Shown piece after piece: positions 47,730 to 57,671 of a stretch of DNA of 64,000 nucleotides (position 1 is its first letter; each line of letters starts with the position of its first letter). The translations under genes and the position numbers were made by a program. Source of the stretch: an uncultured Rickettsiales bacterium. Lineage in GTDB: Bacteria > Pseudomonadota > Alphaproteobacteria > Rickettsiales > SXRF01. Location: NCBI GenBank assembly GCA_964405685.1, contig CAYOOP010000001.1, forward strand, positions 206,922-270,921, in the 5' to 3' direction. The notes beneath the pieces were generated by a model, which was not told the DNA's origin, did no database searches, and saw only the letters and a list, made by a program, of their open reading frames with translations.

Positions 47730-48584
47730 CTATTTCTTGGTCAAGGTCAGCTGCACATGTTGCCACATGCCGATGCCTGCCACCACAAACACCGGCCAAA
47801 TGAGCGCGACGGATGTGACGTAAAGCAATGCAAGAAGCGCCGAGCCACCGCGCATTACCTTCAATTTTGAGTGCGTGGTTATAAACCCGTTGATGGCATA
47901 AGGCAAAAGAAATATGAGAAAAAGCGTAGTGGTGATAAAAGACTGATTTTCAATGGAAAAACCGATTATTGCAAATGCGGGAAGTGCATAAAGCAGCGTG
48001 TGCGGCGGTGTGAAACGGCTTAAACGCAACTCAGGAACCATCGCATCCGCCTCGATTTGCTTGAGAAAAAACCTCGCCAAGCGCGCGTGCACGTAAAACA
48101 CGATGATGAACCACCACGACGCACTGACGGCAGGTAAAAAAGGAAACCGCTCGATGATCGTGTAAGCGCCAGGGTCGGCAGCAGCAAGCCCTTGCTTGAG
48201 ATATTCCAGCATCACCACTTCAAGGCCGCCCAAGGGCATGAGCGAAAGATGCAGCGCGATATTGACCGCCGCGGTGAAAAATACAATTTCTGTGATCGCA
48301 AGACCGATGTCTGGAAATGGTCTAGTGGTGGAGGCAATCCACAACGCCGAAGGCACACCAGCGCAAGCAAGATAGACCAAGAGTGCATCCATGCCGAAAG
48401 GGCTTAGGAACAAAGCGCCGAGTGCGGCAGCCAAAAAGGTAGCATCACGCCCTTTGAAATAGCCGATGGCAACGAGCGGGATGACGGGCGTGAATAAAAA
48501 CAGCGTGCCGAAAAAACTGGCAGCGAAGGCAAACAGCGCGGCGGCCGCAACGCTTGCTGCGAGCACGTGCTTGGTAAGCGGCAT
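47730..48584 (-). CDS. DUF2232-type polytopic membrane protein
   Basis: A multi-TM protein in the position between rpsR and rplI that is conserved in alphaproteobacteria. Confidence 0.6.
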   Translation of the reverse strand: MPLTKHVLAASVAAAALFAFAASFFGTLFLFTPVIPLVAIGYFKGRDATFLAAALGALFLSPFGMDALLVYLACAGVPSALWIASTTRPFPDIGLAITEIVFFTAAVNIALHLSLMPLGGLEVVMLEYLKQGLAAADPGAYTIIERFPFLPAVSASWWFIIVFYVHARLARFFLKQIEADAMVPELRLSRFTPPHTLLYALPAFAIIGFSIENQSFITTTLFLIFLLPYAINGFITTHSKLKVMRGGSALLALLYVTSVALIWPVFVVAGIGMWQHVQLTLTKK

Positions 48585-48589
48585 AAAAC

Positions 48590-48856
48590 CTACTGGGAAA
48601 CGAAGGGCAGCAACGCGATGTTACGCGCGCGCTTGATCGCCTGAGCGAGAATGCGCTGCTTCTTGTGCGACACCGAGGTGATGCGCGCCGGCATGATTTT
48701 GCCGCGTTCAGAGACGAAGCGTTGGAGCAACTTCACATCTTTGTAATCAATTTTGGGAGCGTTATCGCCGGTTAAAGGGCAAGTGCGCTTGCGGCGGAAA
48801 AACACTTTGCGGCCTTGGCCGCCTTGTGAGCTGGAGCGTTCGCGTGGTTCAGCCAT
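48590..48856 (-). CDS. rpsR: 30S ribosomal protein S18
   Basis: [45 protein letters not shown]. Confidence 0.95.
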   Translation of the reverse strand: MAEPRERSSSQGGQGRKVFFRRKRTCPLTGDNAPKIDYKDVKLLQRFVSERGKIMPARITSVSHKKQRILAQAIKRARNIALLPFVSQ

Positions 48857-48861
48857 GATGC

Positions 48862-49236
48862 TTATCCTTCTACGATTGAATCTACGATGGGTTCTTCAGC
48901 GGCGGTGTCTTCACGGCCGCTACGCAATGGTGCGGAGGGTTCTTCCTCGAGCTCTTCCACACGCACGGTCAAATGGCGCATGACGTCTTCATTAATGCGC
49001 ATATTGCGTTCCATTTCGTGGAGCGCAGCGGCTGGCGCGTCAATACCAAGCATGGTGTAGTGGCCACGGCGAGCTTTATCGATGCGGTAGGCGAGCGGGC
49101 GCAAACCCCAGTATTCGTTTTTCACCACCTTGCCGCCACCTTGTTTCAAGATGTCGGTGAATTGATCGGCAATCGCCGTTACCTGTTGTTTCGACAGGTC
49201 TTGCTTGGCGATAAACGTGCTCTCATAAAGAGGCAT
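48862..49236 (-). CDS. rpsF: 30S ribosomal protein S6
   Basis: [15 protein letters not shown]...[15 protein letters not shown]. Confidence 0.95.
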   Translation of the reverse strand: MPLYESTFIAKQDLSKQQVTAIADQFTDILKQGGGKVVKNEYWGLRPLAYRIDKARRGHYTMLGIDAPAAALHEMERNMRINEDVMRHLTVRVEELEEEPSAPLRSGREDTAAEEPIVDSIVEG

Positions 49237-49352
49237 AGGGGCTTACTCCGTAGGTTTTTTATTTAGGGAGGCGGGATAATAGCGACGTTTTTTGCCATGG
49301 CAAGCGAAAAATCTCTTTCCCAAGCGGGTAATTCCCGCATAATACTAGCTGT

Positions 49353-50693
49353 ATGACAAAACTCTTTGGAACCGATGGGATACGCGGCGTTGCCAACCAG
49401 TACCCGATGACGGCGGAAGTGGCCTTGAAACTCGGGATTGCGGCGGGGGGGTATTTTACCCGCGGGTCGCACCGGAATAAGGTGGTGATTGCCAAGGATA
49501 CTCGGCTGTCGGGGTATATGCTGGAAACGGCGCTGACCTCCGGTTTCGTGTCTGCGGGCATGGATGTGATTTTGGTGGGGCCAATGCCGACGCCGGCGGT
49601 GGCGATGCTCGTGAAATCGTTTCGCGCGGAGCTTGGGGTCATGATTTCCGCATCCCACAACGCCTATCAGGACAATGGGATTAAGCTTTTTGGGCCCGAT
49701 GGCTACAAGCTATCTGACCGCGCGGAGATTGAGATTGAGCAGCGCGTGCTCAATTCGCATCAAGCCTCGCTCGCGCGGCCTGAAAGTCTAGGGCGGGCTA
49801 AAAGGCTGGACGATGCAGCGGGGCGGTATATTGAATTCGTAAAAGCGACCTTTCCCAAGCACTTGACCTTGGAAGACCTGACGCTCGTGCTCGATTGTGC
49901 AAACGGTGCAGCCTATCATTTAGGGCCGACGATTTTCCGGGAATTGGGCGCGAATGTGCATGTCATCGGTGCGGAGCCGAATGGGTTTAACATAAACCAA
50001 AATGTCGGTTCTACTGCACCGCAGACGTTGCAGGAGCGCGTGATTGCAACGGGTGCGAATGCAGGGATCGCGCTTGATGGCGACGCGGACCGCGTCATTA
50101 TCTGCGATGAAAAAGGCAAGTTGCTGGATGGTGATCAGCTGATGGCCATGGTGGCAAGCCATTTGCATACGCACGGTGAGTTAAAGGGCGGTGGCGTGGT
50201 GGCAACCGTGATGTCAAATATGGGGTTGGAGCGTTATTTGCACACGCTGGGACTCCATCTGCATCGCACGAAAGTGGGCGACCGCTATGTGATGGAGGCG
50301 ATGCGCGATGGTGGATATAATTTAGGCGGCGAACAATCCGGCCATTTGATTTTGAACGATTATGTGACGACGGGGGATGGGCTGATCGCCGCACTTCAGG
50401 TGCTTGCCGTCATGGTTGAAAAAGAGCAACTGTTAAGCGCGTGCGGGCATTGCTTTGAGCCACTGCCGCAGGTGCTTAAAAGCGTGAAAATTCCTCTAGG
50501 TGCCAATCCGCTGGCCAGTGGAAAAGTGAAGGCGTCGATTGAGACGCTTGAAACATCGCTTCAAAGCAAAGGCCGATTGCTCGTCCGCCCCTCGGGCACC
50601 GAACCCTTGATTCGGGTGATGATTGAGGGGGATGACGTCGCCGAAATCACCAAAATGGCCGATGATCTTTGTAATTTAATTGCTGCTGCTTAA
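49353..50693 (+). CDS. glmM: Phosphoglucosamine mutase
   Basis: [12 protein letters not shown], the active-site [13 protein letters not shown], and GGEQSGH. Confidence 0.96.
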   Translation: MTKLFGTDGIRGVANQYPMTAEVALKLGIAAGGYFTRGSHRNKVVIAKDTRLSGYMLETALTSGFVSAGMDVILVGPMPTPAVAMLVKSFRAELGVMISASHNAYQDNGIKLFGPDGYKLSDRAEIEIEQRVLNSHQASLARPESLGRAKRLDDAAGRYIEFVKATFPKHLTLEDLTLVLDCANGAAYHLGPTIFRELGANVHVIGAEPNGFNINQNVGSTAPQTLQERVIATGANAGIALDGDADRVIICDEKGKLLDGDQLMAMVASHLHTHGELKGGGVVATVMSNMGLERYLHTLGLHLHRTKVGDRYVMEAMRDGGYNLGGEQSGHLILNDYVTTGDGLIAALQVLAVMVEKEQLLSACGHCFEPLPQVLKSVKIPLGANPLASGKVKASIETLETSLQSKGRLLVRPSGTEPLIRVMIEGDDVAEITKMADDLCNLIAAA

Positions 50694-50950
50694 CTCCATA
50701 GTGTGTTTTAGGCCGCGGCCTGTAGCGGGTACTTTAAGGACTCACACGTGAGGTCGGTACGTATGCTGTTTTCCAACAGTCATCCGCTGCGCACACCTGA
50801 GATAGGAGTTTGTGACTCAAACCTCACCATACGCCATCGCCGAATTCATCCTGCCCCGGTTGGGATCTACAATTCAACCGCTGGACTTAATGTTCTGCAG
50901 AACATTATGGGTTGTATATGGGTAATAGTGCGCCTGGAAGTCTCTTTTTT

Positions 50951-51031
50951 CGTCATTGCGAGGAGGCATCGCCGACGAAGCAATCCAGTTGTAAGTTAGG
51001 TTGGATTGCTTCGCTCACGCTCGCAATGACG
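50951..51031. repeat. Nested palindromic element with CGTCATTGCGAG termini (family A, short copy)
   Basis: The element reads cgtcattgcgag...gaagcaatcc-agttgtaagttagg-ttggattgcttc...ctcgcaatgacg. It ends 3 nt from the coq7 stop. Confidence 0.8.
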
Positions 51032-51033
51032 GA

Positions 51034-51576
51034 TTAAATTCTCTCCGACAACCAAATCGCAATGCGGGTTTTGGTTTTGATTCCGAGGGTTAGGAGTTCG
51101 TAGAAGGGGGATTCTTCGGCACCGTGTTTGAGGCCAGTGTCGTGGTGTTCCATTTCTTCCTGGCGGAATTGCTCAATGGTGTTGGCAAGCGCCGCTTCTT
51201 CCGGAAAATCTTTTTGTAGTTCGGCGTGTTGCTTAGCGTAGTGGTCGTTGATGACGCTTTCAACGGCAACCGTGCACGCCATCGCCGCTTTTTCGCCGAG
51301 CGCTGCACTCATCGCACCCATCATCCATCCGGCGACGTGCCACAGCGGTTGCAACGCAGTGGGGCGGACATTGCGCTCTTTGACTAGTCGATTGAATTCA
51401 TTCAAATGTTTTTCTTCCTGGTCAGCCATATGGCGGATTGTTTCGGTTGCGGATTTGTTTTTCAAAACCGCCAATTGACCGGCGTAAATCCGCTTCGCGC
51501 CATACTCGCCTGCTTGGTCGACGCGGAGCATACGTTCTAGTTTTTCTTTTTTGGAGAGATTGCCGGGCAAGGTCAT
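51034..51576 (-). CDS. coq7: Demethoxyubiquinone hydroxylase (COQ7 family di-iron protein)
   Basis: LRVDQAGEYGAKRIYAGQ and EEKHL...EEMEHH (ExxH repeats). The start ATG 51576 overlaps the dsbB stop (ATGA). Confidence 0.88.
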   Translation of the reverse strand: MTLPGNLSKKEKLERMLRVDQAGEYGAKRIYAGQLAVLKNKSATETIRHMADQEEKHLNEFNRLVKERNVRPTALQPLWHVAGWMMGAMSAALGEKAAMACTVAVESVINDHYAKQHAELQKDFPEEAALANTIEQFRQEEMEHHDTGLKHGAEESPFYELLTLGIKTKTRIAIWLSERI

Positions 51577-52052
51577 TTCAACCTCGCGGCAGTAAAAGCA
51601 AGGGTGGCAAGGGCGAAGGAATAGATGGCGTTCCATGCGGCCATGGAAAGGCCGAGGATATAGGCCATAGCCTGATCGCACGAGACTTGGGGGGCATTTT
51701 GGATGCGGGCGCGGATGTCGTCTAGGCTGCCACCGGCACCGTCGGCTACGCAAGACGAGCCGAACCAGCCAGCTTCAACCCCTATGTGTTTGAGGGCAAT
51801 CACCGTACCAATGGTGAACACTAGGCCGATTACTAGAAGTATAGTCTTTCTATGTTTATCAGTATTATATCTATAGGCAAAAATCCCTAACGCCACTACC
51901 AGAGCGTGTGGAATGCGCTGTAAGATACATAAATGGCACGGGTGGAGATGAAACCCGTATTGCGCAATAAGGGCACCTAAAAGCGCTGCTGCAGAGGCGG
52001 CAGCAAACAGCAGAAACAGGGCACCAGAGCGCAAGAATTCGCGGGTAATCAT
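51573..52052 (-). CDS. dsbB: Disulfide bond formation protein B
   Basis: Four TM helices are present. The first-loop CxxC is PCHLC, and a second cysteine pair is SSC...SC. Confidence 0.8.
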   Translation of the reverse strand: MITREFLRSGALFLLFAAASAAALLGALIAQYGFHLHPCHLCILQRIPHALVVALGIFAYRYNTDKHRKTILLVIGLVFTIGTVIALKHIGVEAGWFGSSCVADGAGGSLDDIRARIQNAPQVSCDQAMAYILGLSMAAWNAIYSFALATLAFTAARLK

Positions 52053-52097
52053 GGTTTTTCTATAGCCCTTTTTAACGAAATCCGCTACAGCAAACGC

Positions 52098-52553
52098 ATG
52101 ATGCGAGCATTAAAAATCCTGTGCGCGGGGGTCCTAGCCCTGACTTCAACTTCGGCGTTTTCCGAAGGCGAAGACGTGGCGATTATGATGTTGCAAGCAT
52201 CGCAGAAAGTGGTGGAGCACCAGTATGATGATGCGATTACGCTCTATACACAGGCGATTGCCAAAGCGCCCACCTATGCGGATCTCTACCTTCAGCGCGC
52301 GTTTACCTACCGCGAGATGAACCGCATCGGCCAGATGCAGGCGGATGCGATTGTGGTGGTGAAACTCGCAGACCAGAAAATCACCGGTGGTAGCAACAAC
52401 GGCCGCGACTATTATTTGCGCGGCAGCGGCTATCGTTTACTGAAGCGATTCCCGGAAGCGCGCGCGGATATCGAAAATGCCATCCGTATGAAAAATGACA
52501 ATCGCTGGCGGATGGATTTGCAGGCGCTTTCGCTCGAAGAAAAAATGCAATAA
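52098..52553 (+). CDS. Secreted TPR repeat protein
   Basis: A signal peptide (LKILCAGVLALTSTSAFS) and TPR helices (YDDAITLYTQAIAKAPTYADLYLQRAF). Confidence 0.65.
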   Translation: MMRALKILCAGVLALTSTSAFSEGEDVAIMMLQASQKVVEHQYDDAITLYTQAIAKAPTYADLYLQRAFTYREMNRIGQMQADAIVVVKLADQKITGGSNNGRDYYLRGSGYRLLKRFPEARADIENAIRMKNDNRWRMDLQALSLEEKMQ

Positions 52554-53263
52554 TGCGCTGGCTCGTAGTGGTGTTGTGCTTATTACCAACCGCGGCATTG
52601 GCAACGCGCAATGTGTCTAGCCCCGTAGTTGAAGAAGGCGCGTGGAAGTCGGAGGCGCGCTACGGGTTTGAGTTTGATGACCTGCCAGCGCAGGACGATC
52701 GCTTCCGGCAATTCTACTATGTGGAATATGGGGTGACGGATTGGTATGCGCTCCGCTTAGCGGGCCGCTGGTCGAAGACACAAGGACGGGCCAACGATTT
52801 TGTTAGCACAGAAGTGGAGCAGCGCTTTCAGCTTTTTGAAAAAGCAAGTGATGGTTGGGATGGTGGATTGAAGATTGTCTATGCATTTGCGGACAACCCA
52901 CGGGCATTGGATACGCTTGATCTTCAGATCCTAGCGCAACGGGCGTTTGGCCCTTGGAATGTCCGCGGAAATATTGTCACCCAGCAAGAAGTTGGCAAGG
53001 GTGCGGACGGCGGCGTGAGCTGGACGCTTTCCCAGCAAACAACCTATAAGCTTTCGTCGGATTTAGCCGTAGGTGGTGAGTGGTTCGGCACGCTGGGTAA
53101 GTTAAGCGAGCAACACGGTATCGGCCAACAACAACATCAGCTAGGGCCTGTGGTTTCCTATACGGTAAACCCACAACTTACCATTGAGACCGGCTATCTC
53201 TTCGGCGTCACGAAACCCACGAGTGACGGGCTGTTTAAGCTGTTCTTCAAAGCGGATTTTTAG
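52553..53263 (+). CDS. Putative outer-membrane beta-barrel protein
   Basis: A signal peptide (LLPTAALA) is followed by an alternating amphipathic pattern and a C-terminal ...FFKADF. There is 1-nt overlap with the TPR gene. Confidence 0.55.
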   Translation: MRWLVVVLCLLPTAALATRNVSSPVVEEGAWKSEARYGFEFDDLPAQDDRFRQFYYVEYGVTDWYALRLAGRWSKTQGRANDFVSTEVEQRFQLFEKASDGWDGGLKIVYAFADNPRALDTLDLQILAQRAFGPWNVRGNIVTQQEVGKGADGGVSWTLSQQTTYKLSSDLAVGGEWFGTLGKLSEQHGIGQQQHQLGPVVSYTVNPQLTIETGYLFGVTKPTSDGLFKLFFKADF

Positions 53264-53373
53264 GTTTCCGGGCTTAAAATATCACGCTCCATGATGCCCT
53301 TTTGCTGTTCACATTACTTAGATCGTTAGATTAAGCCTAATTTAATGTTTTCTGTCCATACTGACGCCATCAA

Positions 53374-54429
53374 TTGCAACACACTGTCTTTATGCATAGT
53401 TTTAAGAAACATCCTATTGTTACCTTATTGGTAATCAACGTTTTCATCATTATTATGTGCATGGCGATTGCGGAATTTGCCCTGCGTTTTTTTACTTCCT
53501 ACGCAATCGATTATTATACTGGGGTTAGTAAGGAAGGACATTACGAATTCCCCTACGGTAAGATATTAGTGAATAAAGATGGTTGGCCTGATGAAGAGTT
53601 TAATTTAGCCAGCAAAAAACCTCGTGTAGGCTACTTCGGCGATTCAGTCGCCTATGGCGTGGGTGCCGGACATGGATATAGGATGGAGGATTTGCTGCGT
53701 AAGGAGTTGCCGCAATACGAGCAGTGGGTGTTTGCTGCGGCAGGTGACGGCATACAAGACGACACTCTTTCTCGAATAGCCCGGCAATATAAACTCAATT
53801 ATGTCGTTTATATGATGAATATGAACGACATCATGCCACTGCTTAGTACGGTTCATGATAGCAGCCCCAGGGATAATCGATATATAGTCCACCGTATTAA
53901 AGCGCTTGTAAGTCACGTCGATTATTTAAGGGGTAAATCGTATCTCTATAATTTTATCCGTACTCGGGCCAAATATATGTTGACCCGAATGGGATATGAA
54001 GCAAGCGGTTTTGAAGCCTATGAATTATTTCCTCAGAAAAACCAAGAGATTATCCAGCAAGTTAGCGCTAGGATAAATGAGGCCGGAAAAAAATTGGCGA
54101 AAGAAGGCATTACCTTTTGCGTGATTATCCTTCCATACGAAATGCAGGTATCTCAGGAAGCCGCGAACCAGTACCGTTCTATGGGTATCAAGTGGGAGGA
54201 TGGATTTGTGGACGGCAGCACCCAAACATTACTCAAGAAATACTTGAAAGTGCCCTATATCTACAATGGTCTGGATGCTTTTAAGGGAATGCACCCTGCG
54301 CTAGGAGAAACATTTGTCTATAATAAGGGAGACAAGATTGACTGGAATCACCCCAACCGGGAAGGGCACCGAATCTTGTACCAGGGTTTCCTGCATTCCC
54401 ACTCGTGCCCTTTCTTGCCAAAACTATAG
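53374..54429 (+). CDS. SGNH/GDSL hydrolase family protein with an N-terminal TM
   Basis: The block I motif VGYFGDSVAYGVG and a late DWNHPNREGH (block V D..H) are present. The gene is AT-rich. An ATG at 53392 is an alternative to TTG 53374. Confidence 0.7.
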   Translation: MQHTVFMHSFKKHPIVTLLVINVFIIIMCMAIAEFALRFFTSYAIDYYTGVSKEGHYEFPYGKILVNKDGWPDEEFNLASKKPRVGYFGDSVAYGVGAGHGYRMEDLLRKELPQYEQWVFAAAGDGIQDDTLSRIARQYKLNYVVYMMNMNDIMPLLSTVHDSSPRDNRYIVHRIKALVSHVDYLRGKSYLYNFIRTRAKYMLTRMGYEASGFEAYELFPQKNQEIIQQVSARINEAGKKLAKEGITFCVIILPYEMQVSQEAANQYRSMGIKWEDGFVDGSTQTLLKKYLKVPYIYNGLDAFKGMHPALGETFVYNKGDKIDWNHPNREGHRILYQGFLHSHSCPFLPKL

Positions 54430-54438
54430 CGATCTTTC

Positions 54439-55209
54439 TTAGGACTTTTTGGTGGTTGGCACCGGCGCGAGCACTTCCATGTCTGCAACCGGCAATACGC
54501 CTAGGCGGCGGGCGACTTCGCGGTAGCCTTCTTCGACGTTATCCAAGTCGAGGCGGAAGCGGTCTTTGTCCATTTTGTCGCCGGTTTTAACATCCCATAG
54601 ACGGCAGTTATCGGGGCTGATTTCATCAGCCAGCACTAAACGCTCAGAGCCTTCTTCGAACAGGCGGCCGAATTCTAGTTTAAAGTCAACCAAACGCAAG
54701 CCAATGCCGGTGAAAAGACCACACAGGAAATCGTTGATCCGGAAGGTGAGCATGCGAATCTCGTCGAGCTCGTGCGGTGTCGCCCAGCGGAAATAGAAAA
54801 TATGTTCTTCGGAGACGAAGGGATCGCCCATTTTGTCGTTCTTGTAGCAAAACTCAATCATCGGGTGGCCAAGCTGCGTGCCTTCATCGACTTGGAAACG
54901 CTTGCAGAAACTACCGGCGGCAACGTTGCGCACAATCACCTCAAGCGGAATGATTTGCACAGCCTTGACCAACTGTTCGCGCATGTTTAGGCTGCGGATA
55001 AAGTGCGTGGGCACGCCGATTTCGTGCAGGCGGAGCATTAAATATTCGGAGATGCGATTGTTGATGACACCTTTGCCGTTGATGGTGCCTTTTTTGATAT
55101 TGTTAAAGGCCGTGGCATCGTCCTTAAAATGCTGGATTAGCGTACCCGGTTCAGGGCCTTCGAAAAGCTGCTTGGCTTTTCCTTCATAGATGGGTTTGCG
55201 CGGGGACAT
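54439..55209 (-). CDS. purC: Phosphoribosylaminoimidazole-succinocarboxamide synthase
   Basis: [37 protein letters not shown]. The start is ATG 55209. Confidence 0.93.
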   Translation of the reverse strand: MSPRKPIYEGKAKQLFEGPEPGTLIQHFKDDATAFNNIKKGTINGKGVINNRISEYLMLRLHEIGVPTHFIRSLNMREQLVKAVQIIPLEVIVRNVAAGSFCKRFQVDEGTQLGHPMIEFCYKNDKMGDPFVSEEHIFYFRWATPHELDEIRMLTFRINDFLCGLFTGIGLRLVDFKLEFGRLFEEGSERLVLADEISPDNCRLWDVKTGDKMDKDRFRLDLDNVEEGYREVARRLGVLPVADMEVLAPVPTTKKS

Positions 55210-55367
55210 GGGCTGGAACGATTTAATCTTGAGGAGCATGGGTTGGTTGTACGCCTGTTTGCCACAAAACACAAACAAAACTTCACGTTGAATTTAATAC
55301 GGTTTCAGATTACAATTCTTCTCCCGAAGCACCCCCCTCAAACAATAGAAAACTTAAGGAAAAACAG

Positions 55368-55676
55368 ATGGCTGAATTTGATGACCGCGAATCCGCATTC
55401 GAGAATAAATATGCCCACGATGAAGAAACCGCCTTTAAAGCCGCCGCCCGCCGCAATAAGCTTGTGGGCCTGTGGGCCGCCGGTTTGCTTGGGTATGATG
55501 CCGCGCGCGCCGAGGCTTACGCCAAAGAAGTAATCGCCGCTGATTTTGAAATGGCGGGCGATGAAGACGTCATCAAAAAACTCATGACCGATTTGGGCAC
55601 ACGCGCCACTGAAAAAGACATCCGCCACCACATGGCGGAGCTTTACAAAGAAGCGCTGAAACAAATTAGCGGGTAG
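55368..55676 (+). CDS. DUF1476 protein (F1Fo-ATPase inhibitor zeta subunit family)
   Basis: MAEFDDRESAFENKYAHDEETAFKAAARRNKLVGLWAAGLLG closely parallels the N-terminus of the alphaproteobacterial zeta subunit. Confidence 0.8.
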   Translation: MAEFDDRESAFENKYAHDEETAFKAAARRNKLVGLWAAGLLGYDAARAEAYAKEVIAADFEMAGDEDVIKKLMTDLGTRATEKDIRHHMAELYKEALKQISG

Positions 55677-55692
55677 CGGTTGGCGGATAGTT

Positions 55693-56358
55693 ATGAGCAA
55701 CACACCACCATCTCCCACTTCTATCCGCTATCCGCTATCTGCTACCCGCTCTCTCCCCTCCCCTAACCACGATAGCCGCGACGGTTGTGCTGTTGATATG
55801 TTAGTGCTGCATTATACCGGCATGCGTAGTTGTAGCTCGGCACTGGATCGGTTGATTGATCCTGCTGCCAAGGTGAGTGCGCATTATGTGGTGGATGAAG
55901 AGGGCAGCATCTGGCAATTGGTGCAAGAAGACATGCGCGCGTGGCACGCCGGGAAAAGTTTTTGGCGTGGTGCAACCAATATTAATCAGCGCTCAATTGG
56001 CATTGAAATCGTCAACCCCGGGCATGAATTTGGCTATCGCCCGTTTCCGATAGCACAAATGCAAAGCGTGATTCACCTATGCAAAGATATTTTGAACCGC
56101 CATGCCATTCCTGCAGAAAATGTCGTAGGACATTCCGATATCGCGCCTGCGCGTAAACAAGACCCCGGCGAACTCTTCGACTGGCAATGGTTTGCACGTG
56201 AAGGCATTGGCATCTGGCCGTTTCCGAGTGAGGTAAGCACACAAGCGCTTGCAGATTATGGCTATGATGTGAGTGATGAAAAAGCTGCGATGGTAGCGTT
56301 TAAGCGACACTTCCTACCAATCCTGCGGGATGCGAAAAGCGTCAGCGCAGGATCTTAA
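55693..56358 (+). CDS. ampD: N-acetylmuramoyl-L-alanine amidase (AmpD-like, Amidase_2)
   Basis: LVLHYTGM, SAHYVVDEEGSIWQLV, AWHAGKSFW and SIGIEIVNPGHE. Confidence 0.85.
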   Translation: MSNTPPSPTSIRYPLSATRSLPSPNHDSRDGCAVDMLVLHYTGMRSCSSALDRLIDPAAKVSAHYVVDEEGSIWQLVQEDMRAWHAGKSFWRGATNINQRSIGIEIVNPGHEFGYRPFPIAQMQSVIHLCKDILNRHAIPAENVVGHSDIAPARKQDPGELFDWQWFAREGIGIWPFPSEVSTQALADYGYDVSDEKAAMVAFKRHFLPILRDAKSVSAGS

Positions 56359-56400
56359 GCGATAGAGATCCTGTGCTCATGCTACGCATGCCACAGGATT
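56341..56400. repeat. Palindromic element (family B, short copy) with alternative hairpins
   Basis: gcgcaggatct pairs with agatcctgtgc (56346-56377). atcctgtg pairs with cacaggat (56368-56399). The two hairpins share the central arm. The element overlaps the ampD 3' end. Confidence 0.7.
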
Positions 56401-56406
56401 TATGCA

Positions 56407-57153
56407 TTACCGCTCCAAATGCGCCTTCGCTTCCGATTGCTTTAAGTAGCTAATGAAACCACGGGCGGCGGGCATTTTCTCACCGGCAAGAGCGACCGCC
56501 TTGTATTCAATAGGCCGCGTGCGGGTGGCGGGGATAGTGCCGATCGTGCGGATGCGTTTGTCGAACGCCACATCGGTTGCATAGACCAGCGCATAGCTGC
56601 CTTGCATCGCAACGGTTTCTAACATCTCATCCAAGTTCTTTCCGTAAACGATGTAAGGCTCCAAATCATCAGCAACACCGTAAGTTTTCAAGGCTTCACG
56701 AGCGAGCGTACCTTGATACAAGGTTTCAGGGTTGCCCAGCAACAGGCCGGGCTGGAAATCGAGCGCGGCAATAATGCCGCTGGCAGGAAACGTTTCGCCA
56801 ACATGCAGGGGTGTCGTGTTTTCGGCAGAGGTGATGAGTACGAGTTGGTTGGAAGTCACGCCCGCCTCCGAGTTGAGATCCACCACACCACGCTGTTTTA
56901 GCGAGGTTAGTAGCGCAGGCGATGCGGTCATCAATACATCATACACCGCACCTTCCACGGCTTGATATTCAAGATCAGCAAGGTCAGCGAAAGCAAGGGA
57001 GACAGCAACGTTGTGACTCGCCGCATAGGCACGCACCGCGCGGCTTAGTGGCACCGCAAGACTGCTGTCGGCCAACACCGAAAGCGAAGACACTTCTTGT
57101 GCATAGGCAGGCACACTGGTTATTGCGAGGAGCAACACGACCAAACGTTTCAT
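56407..57153 (-). CDS. modA: ModA-like periplasmic substrate-binding protein
   Basis: A signal peptide is present. LSVLADSSLAVPL...VSLAFADLADL...VLMTASPALL...FISYLKQSEAKAHL follows the ModA/PBP2 pattern. No permease or ATPase genes are adjacent. Confidence 0.55.
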   Translation of the reverse strand: MKRLVVLLLAITSVPAYAQEVSSLSVLADSSLAVPLSRAVRAYAASHNVAVSLAFADLADLEYQAVEGAVYDVLMTASPALLTSLKQRGVVDLNSEAGVTSNQLVLITSAENTTPLHVGETFPASGIIAALDFQPGLLLGNPETLYQGTLAREALKTYGVADDLEPYIVYGKNLDEMLETVAMQGSYALVYATDVAFDKRIRTIGTIPATRTRPIEYKAVALAGEKMPAARGFISYLKQSEAKAHLER

Positions 57154-57671
57154 TGCAGCACCCCTATATAGGGCAGCTCGCGGTAGCGATTGGCGTAGTC
57201 AAGGCCGTAGCCTACCACAAATTTGTCTTCGACCGTAAACCCAACAAAATCCGCCTCCACTTCCGCTTTGCGCTTGCCTGGTTTTTCAAGCAACACCGCC
57301 ACACGTACATGTTTAGCGCCACGCGCGGAAAGCAACTCTTTCGCTACTGCAAGCGTGCGGCCAGATTCCAAAATGTCATCCACAATCAGTACGTCCTGCC
57401 CACGAATATCGTCCATCAAACCATGGTGCAGCATCACTGTGCCGCTGCTCTCAAGCGCCGCGCGATAACTCCCGAGCATCATGAAATCAACTCGCATGGC
57501 AAGGCCCTCAGCGTGCAGTGCACGAATCAAATCAGCAGTAAAAATAAAACTGCCGCGGAGTAGCGAAACGAGTGTCAACTCCTTGCCGCTGGTGGTCGCA
57601 ACTTCATGCGCCAGCGTTTGCATGCGCGCGGCAATCGCCTCCTGAGTGATGAGTGGTGTCACCTCAGGCAT
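57150..57671 (-). CDS. hpt: Hypoxanthine phosphoribosyltransferase
   Basis: The PRPP motif VLIVDDILESGRTL and the pattern LLRGSFIFTADL are present. The start is ATG 57671. Confidence 0.9.
   Translation of the reverse strand: MPEVTPLITQEAIAARMQTLAHEVATTSGKELTLVSLLRGSFIFTADLIRALHAEGLAMRVDFMMLGSYRAALESSGTVMLHHGLMDDIRGQDVLIVDDILESGRTLAVAKELLSARGAKHVRVAVLLEKPGKRKAEVEADFVGFTVEDKFVVGYGLDYANRYRELPYIGVLQ

Noticed and set aside
50694-50950. tmRNA, SRP RNA, RNase P RNA or 6S RNA in the glmM-coq7 gap.
   Set aside because: I could not find the diagnostic conserved blocks. There is no tRNA-like acceptor/T-arm with CCA, no GGAAGCAGCC-type SRP domain IV motif and no GAGGAAAGUCC RNase P motif. The region is kept only as an unassigned structured region.
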